Source of the DNA: Anthoceros angustus
Lineage: Eukaryota > Plantae > Anthocerotophyta
Length of the DNA: 64,000 bases
Direction of reading: 5' to 3'
Assembly (NCBI GenBank): GCA_010909165.1
Contig: MU008216.1
Location: forward strand, 186,001-250,000
Part shown: positions 11,840 to 24,249 of the stretch, piece after piece
How positions within the stretch are numbered: position 1 is the stretch's first letter
Layout of the letters: each line of letters opens with the position of its first letter
The notes under the pieces: generated by a model
What the model was told of the DNA's origin: nothing
What the model saw: the letters and a program-made list of their open reading frames with translations, nothing else
Database searches by the model: none
Made by a program: the position numbers and the translations under genes

Positions 11840-13612
11840 ACTATTTATAAATCGATAAATTTGTATAACATTTACAATGTATTTGCAATGAACATGCCAC
11901 ATCGGCAATTTCACTAATATATAGCCTCATAAATGACATAAATCGGAAAAGGTCTCTTCCACATATTTACGGCATTTCGACAAGCATGCCACATCGCAAT
12001 TTCACTAATATATAGCCTCATAAATGACATAAATCAGAAAAGGTCTCTTCCACATATTTACGGCATTTCGACAAGCATGCCACATCAAAATCTTACTAAT
12101 ATATAACCTCATAAATTACATAAATAAGGAAAAGGCATGCCACATCGGCAATCTTACTAATATATAACCTCATAAATTACATAAATAAGGAAAAGGTCTC
12201 TTCCAAAATTTACAACGGCATTTGACAAACATGCCACATCAGCAAATAATATATTTATTCATGGATATTGGCTGGCTTGTGCATTTTACAACCATAGTTA
12301 CGCATGTGCCAGTAAATATACAATAAAATGAATAATCCAATAATATAACATAAATTGGAGAAACCATTTTACAATGATATTTGCAATGAGCTTGCCATGT
12401 CAGCAAATAATAAATTTATTTATAGATATTTATATAAAATGGTTTTCATGCATTTTACAACCATAGCTACAATGCATGTGACACGTCGATAAATTTGTAT
12501 AACATTTTACAATGTATTTGCAATGAACATGCCACATCAGAATTTCACTAATATATAGCCTCATAAATGACATAAATCAGGAAAAGGTCTCTTCCACATA
12601 TTTACAACGGCATTTCGACAAGCATGCCACATCGAATCTTACTAATATATAACCTCATAAATTACATAAATAAGGAAAAGGCATGCCACATCGAATCTTA
12701 CTAATATATAACCTCATAAATTACATAAATAAGGAAAAGGTCTCTTCCAAAATTTACAACGGCATTTATGACAAACATGCCACATCAAAATAATATATTT
12801 ATTCATGGATATTGGCTGGCTTGTGCATTTTACAACCATAGTTACGCATGTGCCACGTCAAGAATATACAATAAAATGAATAATCCAATAATATAACATA
12901 AATTGGAGAAACCATTTTACAATGATATTTGCAATGAGCTTGCCATGTCAAATAATAAATTTATTTATAGATATTTATATAAAATGGTTTTCATGCATTT
13001 TACAACCATAGCTACAATGCATGTGACACGTCAAGAATACAAAAAAAAAGATAATCCCATAACTAACATAAATCCAGAGAAACATATTTACAACATCATT
13101 TGCAACGAACTTGCCACATCAGCAAATAATAAATCTATTCATAGATATTCCAATAAATGGTATTATTCCAAAAATCAAGTCTTGCACAATTTACAACCAC
13201 ATCTACAACAAACATGGTTTACAACGTCTTTTACAAGTACCGTTTACAACATCCTTTATGCCACGTCATTATAAATTCAACAAAATGTAGTTTTATTAAC
13301 AAATAACCCCCATAGTTTTCTAAATCAAAAGAGTTTATGCACAATTAACAACGTCATGTACAACGAGCAAGCCATGTCAACAAACCCCGTTGTAAAATTT
13401 GTGTCAACATGCCATGTCAACAAATCCCGTTGTAAAATTGTGTCAACATGCCATGTCAACAAACCCCCATTGTAAAATCCATGCCACATCATATTAGTTA
13501 GGAACCCTTGTTGTAAATGTTCAAAAACTTACAGGCTTTGAGTAGTAAGAGTGTTGTAGTTTCCTCTAACTAAACTTAGACCCATTTGTAAAGGTAGCCC
13601 CTCCTTGTAGTG
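11840..13612 (-). mobile_element. One end of a CACTA (En/Spm) transposon with long AT-rich subterminal repeats
   Basis: The minus strand begins CACTACAAG at 13612. Inward are many ATGCCACATC/ATGCCATGTC motifs in ~90-bp and ~40-bp units (40-bp x3 at 13370-13480). No matching second TIR or TSD was found. Confidence 0.6.
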
Positions 13613-16600
13613 TTCCAAGTGATCGATGCCTCCAAAGAGTCCCACGAGCACTATGCCGCTTCCCGAGGTCGCCATGTGATGACTGGGTGTTTAGGTCTAA
13701 GCAGGCTCAACCCTAGGCAAGAACTTATGTAGTTCTCCTCATAGGACATGGTCCTCTTGCACCATCCTCCACAGCTTTTGCACGGCTCATTGCTGCAGTC
13801 ACTCCGTCCGGTGACTTGAAGAACCTCCTCCGAGGGTGGTTGCAACCCTAGCTTGTTTCCTCCTCCTCGTCGAAATCCTCCATCGGTCGATTGCGGTTGT
13901 TAGACACACGCCAAGAGGTTCAAGCACGTATGGCGTGTCCTTCACTCTGGCGCCAAACCTGGGTGACGCTGGCAATGAGGTTCTCATGATCCTTGCCATG
14001 CGGTGCGAGGGATGCGGGCAATCCGTTCATCGGTTTTGCTCCAGCTTCTCGGCTGATCGATAGTAGTCTCCGTCCACAAATCCACCATGACTCGAGGTTT
14101 GTACAAAGCGTCCGCTCCCAAGACATCAAAAGTGTCGCATCGGTGACCAAGCGGTGTACCTCGACAAAGGTGAAGTCTCATTCTTGGTTTGAATGAAACC
14201 TTCAGCTTGTACCTTGTCATCCCCAACACATGCTCCGTGGTCCCAGCTGCAGTCTGGATCTTCCACTTGGTTTCCTTCAACCTTTCTTGGTGGAGACCCA
14301 ACGCTTCCTTCACTCTTCTTCCAACGATCACCGGTGCTCGGTGTCAATCAACACCTCCTTGGTGCGAATCCATTGATTTCAATGTGCCTCTCCCGATTGT
14401 TGACCAAAGCCACTCCCACTCGTGCGACATTCGCTTCTCCACGAGATGCTTGGCTCGAGGTCAAGAATGACATCATTGCCACTGTTGTGGCAAATCTTGG
14501 ACACTTGCTTCGTCTTCAAGGGTTGTCAACATCCGCCGAGTCAAACCCCGACTTCCTTCACGCTCAACCCCATGTCTTGTAGGGTGAAACATGGCATCTC
14601 CGAGCTTTTGTGCCATCGTCTCGTAACAATCGCATGGGTTTCTCCACATCGCCCACTGGACTTTGATGTTGCTCCCAGTTGCTCCTGGCAATGGCTCAAA
14701 CGACTTTGGCATCTTGGCATAGGTTCGGAAGAGGATCCGAAGCTTCCTTCCGTGTCTTCCCGCTGGTGTCAAGACATCCTCTTCTTCCTCGAGCTATCTT
14801 CTCTCGTAGGCGCGGAGGTTTCTTCCTGCCCTTGGATCGTCACGATCGCCATGTATCCAAGCTTGTGCTCATCTTCTTCGTCCTCGATGATGAGCTGCTC
14901 TCCTTGATCTTCGCCTTCCGCTTCTCCACGAGATGCTTGGTTGAGGTCGGCAATGACATCATTGCCACTGTTGTGGCAAATCTTGGACACTTGCTTCGTC
15001 TTCAAGGGTTGTCAACATCCGCCGAGTCAAACCCACGACTTCCTTCACGCTCAACCCCATGTCTTGTAGAAACATGGCATCTCCGAGCTTTTGTGCCATC
15101 GTCTCGTCAATCTGCGCATGGGTTTCTCCACATCGCCCACTGGACTTTGATGTTGCTCCCACGGTTGCTCCTGTTGGCAATGGCTCAAGCGACTTTGGCA
15201 TCTTGGCATAGGTTCGGGAAGAGGATCCGAAGCTTCCTTCCGTGTCTTCCGCCTGCGGTGTCAAGACATCCTCTTCTTCCTCTGAGCTATCTTCTCTCGT
15301 AGCGCGGAGGTTTCTTCCCCTTGGATCAGTCACGATCGCCATGTATCAAGCTTGTGCTCATCTTCTTCGTCCTCGATGATGAGCTGCTGCTCTCCTTGAT
15401 CTTCGCCTTCACCAACTTCTCCAGCTTTGCAAGGCGTGCCACGTAGCATCCATCGTCTTCTTTGATGCTTCCGTTTCTTTTGTCCACGGACTTCAGTGCC
15501 TCCTCCACGGCGCCTTTGCTCTTCGCCGATTTTGTGGATGAGGTTGGCGAGATGCATTGGCGGGGTTGCTGCTCGATAACCCGTAGGCCGCAATTCGGAT
15601 GCTTCTCCCAACATGCCGCTTCATTGTGCCGTACCTCCCACACCTAGGGCATGGCTCCTCACCCTTGACTCCTCCGAATGCATGCTCGCACTCATGAGGG
15701 GAATGGTCCGTCCTCGGCACCTCACGCAGGGCTCGTCACTTGGGGTGTGGGTGGCTTGTCTCGCCGAGCTCCTCCACTCGACCTCCGCGTCGGTCATGTC
15801 GTCCACCACTCCTACTTGTCTTGGAGTAATCACTTGCAACAAGACGAGAGAAAGTGTCGTGGGCCCTATCTTGTCGACCATCTCGTACACTTCCTTGAGG
15901 GTGTAGTGTTGCCTTCGTCTTGTGCACCGCTTGTTGCACCTTCATGCGCAGTGCATATGGCAATGCCTGCAAGTACTTCTCTGCAGCCAGTCGGTCACTC
16001 ATGATCTTGGTGTCACGTACCAAGCGGTCGATTCTTGATAAGCCATCTTGGTCTCGCTGACTTCATCTTGAAGTGTGTCACCGAGATCTTCTCATCCGTG
16101 CTTGCGAAACTCCAGGGAAGATGTCAAACATCTCTTGATGGGATCGTGCCCACTTGGTGCCACTGCTCCGTTTGCTTGGTTCCTTCAGAGCTGCTACTCA
16201 CTTTGGTCCTCCGATGTGCTCAACAACCTCGCCTTGTGCTCGCGATAACGCCAATGCTTCATCCCCAAGTACTTGGCATTTGGATGAAGCCGTATCGCTT
16301 CGTGTATCCGGTCTTCAATTCCATCTCCGCACACACCGCATTACTTCTCGATGAAGTCCTCCGGTGGCAAGGTGCCGCTTCCGTGAACAACTCCATTCGA
16401 TCCTTGTCTCCTCCCATCTTGACGACTCCTAGAGACAAGTCCTCCTCGCTGTCGCTTCCGCTGAGTTGTCCCGGCACCAACGTGTCTTGTGTGTTGCCAC
16501 TCACAGATCCTTCAAAGATTGTTGATTGGGTCGCTGGGTTCCTCCGTGTCCTTCGCTGGTACCAAAATCGAGGTGTTCGCACTTCTCTCTCTTGGTCGGG

Positions 16601-16929
16601 ACTTCGAATTCGCTCTGATGGACTTGCTGGTTGGTAGCTCCGTCCGGATCGAGTGTGTCCAGGCATGCACTCCAGGCGGTTAGTGGCTAGGTCAAACCCT
16701 TAATCAAGGTTAACACACCCCGCTAACTTAGATCGTGATTAGTGAAACCTCTAAGTATCTATGCATGTTTAAATTGCATACAAATACTCTGCAGGCTACA
16801 GCTGTGGGTGAGTTGGATAGCAAGCATAGAACTCAGTTAAGCACGTGGGTGGATCGAGTGGATGGGGTGATCAGGGATGGGTCAGGACTGGACGATCAGT
16901 GACTGATGACATACCCATGTCTATCCACT

Positions 16930-17445
16930 TCTCCCTTATCCCTTGGAATCAGGGCCCAAGAGTAAAATACTCTTGTTTCTCCTTGGTTGGTTGGCCTTAA
17001 AGGCCACCCCCTGTGGAGGCCTCATTCCTCTCCTTGGTAGCTTCTTCTCCTTATCCTTGGTGGCCCTTCTCTCTCCTTGGCCTTGGACTTGGCCTTGGCC
17101 TTGGCCTCCTCCTCTCCTTGGCCTTGGACTTGGGCTTCTTCGCCTCCTCCTCTCCTTGGCCTTGGACTTGGGCTTCTTGCCTCCTCTCCTTGGGCTTGCC
17201 TCCTCTCCTTGGCCTTGGACTTGGGCTTCTTGCCTCCTCTCCTTGGCCTTGGACTTCTTGGGCTCTCGCCTCGCCTGCATGGCCTAGCATGGCCTATGCT
17301 TAGCATCACCTAGCATCGCCTAGCGTCACCTAGCGGCCTGGCATCGCCTGGCATCACCTAGCAGCCTAGCATCGCCTGGCATCACCTAGCATCGCCTGGC
17401 ATCACCTAGCATCGCCTAGCATCACACTGCCTAGCGGCCTATCTA
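16930..17445. repeat. Low-complexity tandem repeats in the Gypsy 5' leader (CCTTGGCCTTGGACTTGGGCTTCTT units, then 10-bp AGCATCGCCT units)
   Basis: Directly visible. They explain the overlapping KKPKSKAKERR and LGLGLGL ORFs. Confidence 0.85.
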
Positions 17446-17457
17446 GTGTACACACGA

Positions 17458-17467
17458 GATCATAGCT
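17458..17467 (-). promoter_or_regulatory. Putative self-priming primer-binding site (AGCTATGATC)
   Basis: 17458-17470 is the perfect reverse complement of 17604-17616, which lies 25 nt downstream of the LTR TATA box on the minus strand. No tRNA-type PBS was seen. Confidence 0.5.
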
Positions 17468-17971
17468 TGTAACAGGAGGGAGTAGCTCGCATGTCGTGGC
17501 ACAAACACACTCTCCCACGAGAACAACACACAAATTCCTTACACATCGCTCTGAGTCATAGCTTTGGCCTCCTCACAACGCTCTTGCATTGCATATCTAG
17601 AGGACAAGCTATGATCGAGCTTGTCCTCAATGGAAGGGTCTATATATACTAGACTGGCATCGGCATATTCCTAAGATATCCTATTGGCATCGTATGCGAA
17701 ATATCCTAAGAATACACTATAATATGCAAGGAATATGCCAAAGCATATTACTTGAGCTTATCCACTTAGCTATTGTAACCATGTTTAATTAACACTAATC
17801 AATGCTTAATTAATATAAGCTTTAGATTAATTATCACTAATCAATGCTTAATTAACATAAGCACTTAGATTAATTAACACTAATTACTTACTTAAAGATA
17901 AGTAATTAGATTAATTAATGCTAACCAAACACTAAACCCAAGTGCAGAGATTAGTATTACACGGCATGACA
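17468..17971 (-). repeat. 5' LTR (~504 bp, TGTCA...TTACA) of the Gypsy element
   Basis: TG...CA termini on the minus strand, TATATATA at 17641-17648, AT-rich U3 with internal repeats, and co-oriented with gag. No second LTR is present to confirm the boundaries. Confidence 0.55.
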
Positions 17972-17999
17972 AAGCTCAAACTCTGTATGTTCGGTCCAG

Positions 18000-19495
18000 T
18001 CAGTCATTTTGCCTCGGTCCCGGTACCTCTTCTCTACCCTTCAGCGTTTACAGGCCCTTTTCGTCCCCCATCCAATGGGCGATTCACACCCTCCGTGTTG
18101 TCAGGACACTCCTAGCCTTGTCCATGTGCTCAACTCTTCACGCGCGGGTGGGGTGAAAACTCATCACATGCATAAAGATTTCGACCGACTACTGCCCAAG
18201 TGCACGCGACCTCCTCCACGTCCGCCCGGCTCCGGCCCGGTAGCTTTCTCCTTGTGGTGCCTCTTTCTTCCAGGGAATGGTTGCGAGTCGGTGGATCACA
18301 TCCTTGGGATGTTCAACCCGCTTTCCATGTCGCGCATCTTCCGCAGCTTTCGGCACCTTCACGATGATGCCCGGCCTCGGCATTTCGCCTTCCCTAGATC
18401 GCCTTGCGCTCGATCCGGGATGAGTTAGCTTGGTGCCTCCTCCTTCTTCTCCCCGATGGTGTCTTGATTGCACTAGGGAGGGTTCGGCGCAAGTGAAGTT
18501 GCTAGCCGTCTTGAGCGTTTGGTGGCGGTAGGCGGCTCTTGAGAGGAGGCGGCGTCTTTGTCCGAGGCGGAATCACCTTTCGGCTTGGAATAGGTACGGG
18601 TAATGCAACAAACCTACGCCGCAGTTGCTTGGCAGAGGTGAATATGCCCGCCGCTAGGGCTCTTCAACCCGTCCCTCTGGCCCCCACAATTGCTGCCCTC
18701 CGTGCCTCCATCCGCCACCTAAGGATGCCATTCCCCGGACATATCCGACTATGTCCAGAGGATCCTTCTCCACAGGCCGAGGCGGCTTTTGCTCGCTCTT
18801 TCCACAACCCTCGTCTTTCATCCGCTTGTTTGTCGGGAATGGTGTTCGAACACCTTAGGGACCTCTTTCTCCCGAAGATCCATCCGGTGGCTTTCCGAGC
18901 TCTTTTCTCGGTCCGGTGGCTCGTGGAGAGATGCCTCACCGGATTTCAGCTGTCTTGCAGCTAGTAGGCTTGTCGCTATGGACAAGCCTGCCCCTGGCTC
19001 GTGCGCCCACTCGCGGTTGGGGAGGCCTTCATGCGGCTACTCAGCCGCACTATCGCCCTGCAGTGCCGCTCCCTTCTCCAGCAGCACTTCAACCCCCTTC
19101 AATTTGGCATTGCCACTCCGGGGGGCTGCGAGTCTGTGGTGCTAGGGGTGAAAGCTTGCCTTGATACCCACCCGGATTGGGTAGTCTTACAGGTGGATGT
19201 CGAGAACGCCTTCAATACCATTTCTGAGCCATCTTTGAGGAGCTTAGGGATGTCAAGGCGGGAGTCTTATACCCTTTGTCCGGTGCTTCTACGGGAGATT
19301 GCTCCGACTCTTGGTCTGCGGATTCTTGGGGTCCCCTTTGGTTCCGCCGACTTCATTGGGAGCTTCCTGGACAAGGCCCTTGCAGAGACCTCTCCCATAT
19401 TGGGGACCTCCTTTGGAGGATGCCTGTGTGGCCTTTGGAATCCTTTCCTTCTATTGCTAGGCGCCTGGTACCTCATCCAGACGCCTGCCTCCGGC
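18000..19495 (+). mobile_element. CRE-clade non-LTR retrotransposon, 5' part (copy A; tandem duplicate of the 5' part of copy B)
   Basis: RPLAVGEAFMRLLSRTIALQ...PLQFGIATPGGCESVV...VLQVDVENAFNTI then GLRILGVPFGS. This is the RT signature of the CRE/SLACS-like group. Confidence 0.8.
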
Positions 19496-22230
19496 CCTTT
19501 TCGTCCCCCATCCAATGGGGGCGATTCACACCCTCCGTGACTGCCAGACACTCCTAGCCTTGTCCAAGATGTGCTCAACTCTGCGGGCGTCGGGGTGAAA
19601 ACTCATCTCACATAAAGATTTCGACCGACTACAGGCTGCCCAAGTGCACGCCGCGACCTCCTCCACGTCCATTGCCGCTCGGCGCCGCGGTAGCTTTCTC
19701 CTTGTGGTGCCTCTTTCTTCCACAGGAATGGTTGAGTCCACTGGATCACATCCTTGGGATGTTCAACCCGCTTTCCATGTCCGCGCATCTTCCGCAGCTT
19801 TCGGCACCTTCACGATGATGCCTCGGCATTTCGTCTTCCCTAGATCGCCTTGCGCTCGATCCGGGATGAGTTAGCTTGGTGCCTCCTCCTTCTTCTCCCC
19901 GATGGTGTCTTGATTGCACTAGGGAGGGGTTCTGGCATAGCGTAAGTTGCTAACCCGTCTTAATTTGTCGGGGCGGCTCTTGAGAGGAGGCGTACGTCGC
20001 CAAGCCGGCGGAATCCTTTCGGATTGGAATAGGTACGGGTAATGCAACAAACCTACGCCGCAGTTGCTTGGCTGGTGAATATGCCCGTTGCTAGGGCTCT
20101 TCAACCCCTCGGCCCCCACAATTGCTGCCTCCGTGCCCTCCATCCGCCACCTAAGGATGCCATTCCCCGGACATATCCGACTATGTCCCGGAGGATCCTT
20201 CTCCGACCGGCGGCTTTTGCTCAGCTCTTTCCACAACCCTCGTCTTTCATCTCGCTTGTTTGTAAGAATGGTGTTCGAACACCTTAGGGACCTCTTTCTC
20301 CCGAAGATCCATCCGGTGCTTTCCGGAGCTCTTTTCTCGGTGCTGCGGTGGCTCGTGGAGAGATGCCTCACCGGTTTCACCGTCTTGCGGCTAGTAGGCT
20401 TGTCGCTATGGACAAGCACCTGCCTTCGTCGCCCCACTCGCGGTTGGGGAGGCCTTCATGCGGCTACTCACCGCACTATCGCTTCCTGCAGTTGCCGCTC
20501 CCTTCTCCAAAGAAGACACACCCCTTCAATTTGGCATTGCCACTCTGCGTCATCGGTGCTAGGGGTGAAAGCTTGCCTTGATACCCACCCGGATTGGGTA
20601 GTCATACGGTGGATGTCGAGAACGCCTTGATACCATTTCTCGGAGCGTCATCTTTGAGGAGCTTAGGGATGCTGGCGGCGTCCTGGGGAGTCTTATACCC
20701 TTTGTCCGGTGCTTCTACGGGAGATTGCTCCGACTCTTGGTCTGCGGATTCTTGGGGTCCCCTTTGGTTCCGCCGACTTCATTGGGAGCTTCCTGGACAA
20801 GGCCCTTGCAGAGGACCTCTCCCATATTGGGGACCTCCCTTTGCTGGAGGATGCTCAGGTGGCCTTTGGAATCCTTTCCTTCTGTTTCGCTAGGCGCCCT
20901 GGGTACCTCATCCGTACGCTGCCTCCGTCTCCGGTCCTTTTGTCCCGGCTCCGGGGGTTTGATACGAAGATTATGGATACTCTTGGGGACATCCTGGGCT
21001 CAGGGGCTTTTGAGTGCCCTGGGGGCGACCTGGCCCGCTGGCAAGCATCCCTGCCTGTGCAATTTGGAGGCGTAGGACTGCTCTCATCGGAGGTCTCTTC
21101 CCCGGCGGCTTTCTTGGGGAGTTGGGCCCTCTCTGCCCCTGCCTTGGCTTCCCGTTTCATCCTCCATGACAAGCCCTTTCTCGAGGATCTCGTATCAAGT
21201 GTGGAGGAGGAACCTTCTCTCTCAATCGTCCTTGAGGCGGGCCGGAGACATGTTATCGCAGATGCTCAAGGACTTCCCTCCTTTCTCTACATTTATCATC
21301 GATGGCTTTAGGGATTGCGAGGCATCTACGCTCGAGAAGCGCCGCCAGTTTTTCACCGTCCTCCAGACCCTCCATCTCTAGGTCCACTAGGCGCGGCTCG
21401 CTCTTGTTAGGAAGGGAGGCGGTGCTTGCTCTTGGCCCGCCCATGCATACGGGATTTCACATCGCACCAACCACCTTCACTATCGCGATGCGATTCCGTC
21501 TCGGCCTACTCCACTGGCTTCTTCGCTCCTCACTTGTGAGTGCGGCTCGCCTTGACGCCTCGTGTCCACCTTGCTCGTTGTCCCCACGGGGTCATCGCAT
21601 TGCCACTCACGACGCCATCCGTGACGTCATGTTTGCCATTGCTCGCGAAAGTGGCTATATGGCACGGAGGCGGGAGTATACTCTTCTTGGTCGTTCAATC
21701 GGGCGGACTTATACCTTGTCCGTGACCACTGTGGTGGCGGATGTAGTAGTTCTGACCACGTGGCGCCACCTCCGCCAGTCATCACCAACCGCCCAGCCGC
21801 TGCCCGGCGCCTCAAGGTCCGCAAGTAGTGATGCAAGCGGGCCACCTCTTTATCCGCTTGCTCTAGAAACGTTAATGGTCGAGGACTTTGACAAATTCAT
21901 CAAGTCTTGTGCCAAAGCTTACCATGCAGTATAGTGTGGTCGTCCTCTCAGATTACAAAGATACTCCGAATGGGTTTCTATTGCTCTTCAACGGCGCCTC
22001 AACGATTCTCCATAAAGGCGGCGGTGGGTGATGCCTTTTCCTCTTCCTGTGGTTTGCGGTGCCGCTTATTCTACCCGTGATATGACATTGTGTGCGCTTG
22101 GTCACTTTAGGTAGCTCGGTTGCTCCTCTTCACTCTGACCCCCGGGTCCCCATTTGTTGTCCCCTCCTAGATGGTCTCTTTCCATCGTTCTTTCACCTCA
22201 ATAAATCATCCTTTATTTCATCATCTATAT
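19495..22230 (+). mobile_element. CRE-clade non-LTR retrotransposon (copy B): RT with internal deletion, thumb, zinc knuckle, RLE domain and 3' UTR
   Basis: LGVPFGSADFI...DAQVAFGILSFC..RRPGYLIR...FD..I...WQASLPVQFGGVGL...AFLGSW, RIATHDAIRDV, VADVVV, PLALET, VSIALQR, and a 3' AATAAA at ~22200. Confidence 0.85.
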
Positions 22231-22332
22231 AAACAACTTTCATACTTGTCTAAGTATGAGTAATCTCCTATACAAATAAATAAGTACAAACCAAACTGTT
22301 TCCTCAGCCCATGAGCTGTAGCCATGTGAGTA

Positions 22333-22679
22333 CCGTACCCCGAGGGGTGGTTCTACAGGATAATGCCGAAATAATTATTTTTTGAAAAAATAAGGTTCAA
22401 CATAAATATTTATATTTTTTTAAAATTTTAACATTTACAAAAAATAATTTTATCAAATTTTAACATTTATTAAAATACATAGGTATATATATAAAACTAA
22501 TGGATATGTATAGACCTCCCCTAAATAGGCCCTAATTTTCCACACAAACCCTAGTTTCCTTATTTTTGATCATAAACTCATAAATTTTACCTATTCAACA
22601 TTTTAAGTATAATATTTTCTGGATTTTCAACTTTTACTAATTTTAATTAATTAACGCCGAATCACCCCTTGGGGTACGG
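22333..22679. mobile_element. MITE (Tc1/mariner-pogo-like), 347 bp
   Basis: 21-bp TIR CCGTACCCC(G/A)AGGGGTG(G/A)TTC with 2 mismatches, flanked by TA at 22331-2 and 22680-1. The interior is very AT-rich. Confidence 0.8.
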
Positions 22680-22896
22680 TACTCTACCTCCATAGAAGAA
22701 AAGACAAATGTGCGGTGGAATTTAAGTTTTTTTAATTAATAAAATAATTAAAATACAAAACATAAATCTGAGTTTGAACGACTAGTACTAGCCCAATTTG
22801 AATCAATATTAAACTTAGGAATCACAAAGTATAAGAAGAAGAAGAATTTTATTTAAGTCCACTAAGGACGGATTTCCGTCATGGGACTTGGTACTT

Positions 22897-24243
22897 TGTG
22901 AAGTAAAATTATCACGTCTTGCGCTCCCAAACTCGCGAGTCCTTTGCTCCTTGTAGAGGAATTTCGTGCAAGGCTGTTAACGCAGATGTCCGGTAGAGAG
23001 GGAGTCGGTGGTGGAGTGCTTGCGAGGGCTTGCTCCTTGCAGGCGTTGCTCCTTGTGAATGGTTCTGTGAAATTGCTTTGCTTTGGGTGTGTGGCGATGC
23101 CCAAGGAACTCTCGGCTTGAGGGTAGACTACAGGAAAGACTGGAGGTTCTCACTGGCCCTGGTGCAAACTCATAGCAACTCGCCCAAGGAAGAACTTGCT
23201 AGCTTGTAGGGCACCCAGAACAGCTTAGCTAGGGCCACGAGCTTGAAGTAAGGTTAGATTAGGAGGATGAGAAGTTGAGTTGAGGTGAGTGTTGAGGAGA
23301 ATGTGGAGCCGAATGTTGAGTAGAGGAGTAGGTAGAGATTAGAGTAAGAAGAAGGCCCAAGTCGAGCCTAAGGAGGGTCCCAAATCGCACCAAACCGAGA
23401 CTGGAAGCTGGGCTAAGGTCTCAAAATCATCGGGTGGAGAAGTCGCGCTGCGCTGTAGGGGGTCCCTATGTGCGTAGGCTATGGACCTACCCAGAGGGTG
23501 GGACCCACGAGGGATGTCGCTAGGTCCAGAGCGGAGATTTGACGAGCAGTGGAGGTGTCGTGGCCGCCAATGTGGAGTTTTGTGGGCGCAGTTGTAGTTG
23601 GAGCTGTGGCCTCGGAAGTTGGAGAGGCCTTGAACTAGGGCGAGGTAACTTATGCCGCCGCCAGTGCGACCCTACCGGTGGTAGGATGCGCCTGTGCTGG
23701 GATAGGTGTGTCTCCTCCCACGTAGGAATGAGGGTGTGGCCCACCAAAGGCACTAGATCTCCTACAACTCTCCTACAAGTGGTAGGAGGGTAGGCCCTAC
23801 AATTGTTTGTTGTTGGTTGTAGGTCCCGAGGCGGCGATTCGACGAGCAGCGGGGCGCGTCATTGCCGAGAGTTGGTGGTTGAGGATGTGCCAATTGTGGG
23901 AAGGCAATGGGAAAGGAATAGTGGAAGATCACGGGTGGTGAAGTCGCTGGCAAACGTAGGGGGTCCCTACGCATGTAGCCCGTGACCCATGCAATGTGGA
24001 CCCATATAGTAGGTCGTGGTGATTGACGAGCAACACGGTGAGGCGTGGTTGGCCCTGTGGAGTGAGTTGAGGTTGCTCCACCGTGTGAGGGAGCTTGGGT
24101 GTGAAGAGGTGTGTGTGCAGCCTGATACCGGGTGACTGACAAACAAGAGTCTCATGGGACGAAACCTATTGTACTTAGCGACAGTGGGATAAGTGTGGCC
24201 ACTAGAGGGTGAATCTCGGAAGCCCCGGGGTTTTCCTCCCACA
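22897..24243 (+). mobile_element. Solo LTR (~1.35 kb, TGTGAAG...CTCCCACA)
   Basis: Inverted homolog of 31767-32680, with homology ending at TGTG/CACA. Orientation is set by the polypurine tract preceding TGTGAAG in the other copy. No clean TSD. Confidence 0.7.
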
Positions 24244-24249
24244 AGTTGT

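Larger units (their letters stand above)
13613..17971 (-). mobile_element. Decayed Ty3/Gypsy element: 5' LTR - leader - gag (CCHC) - aspartic protease - start of a C5-methyltransferase-like domain, cut off by the CACTA end
   Basis: CPRCGRYGHNEAAC knuckle (15611-15652, 1-nt slip), VLIDT(GA).PVIVG protease site (~14325-14354), then ITWRP..SGIVLVGLFGGI..LE (13613-13680). An internal ~485-bp duplication spans 14430-15400. Confidence 0.75.

Noticed and set aside
11839-11850. CACTA as the left TIR partner of 13612
   Set aside because: The match does not extend beyond 5 nt and the 3-bp flanks differ (TGG vs TTC).
16936-17313. Overlapping Lys/Arg-rich and Leu/Gly-rich ORFs
   Set aside because: They are translations of tandem repeats in a retroelement leader.
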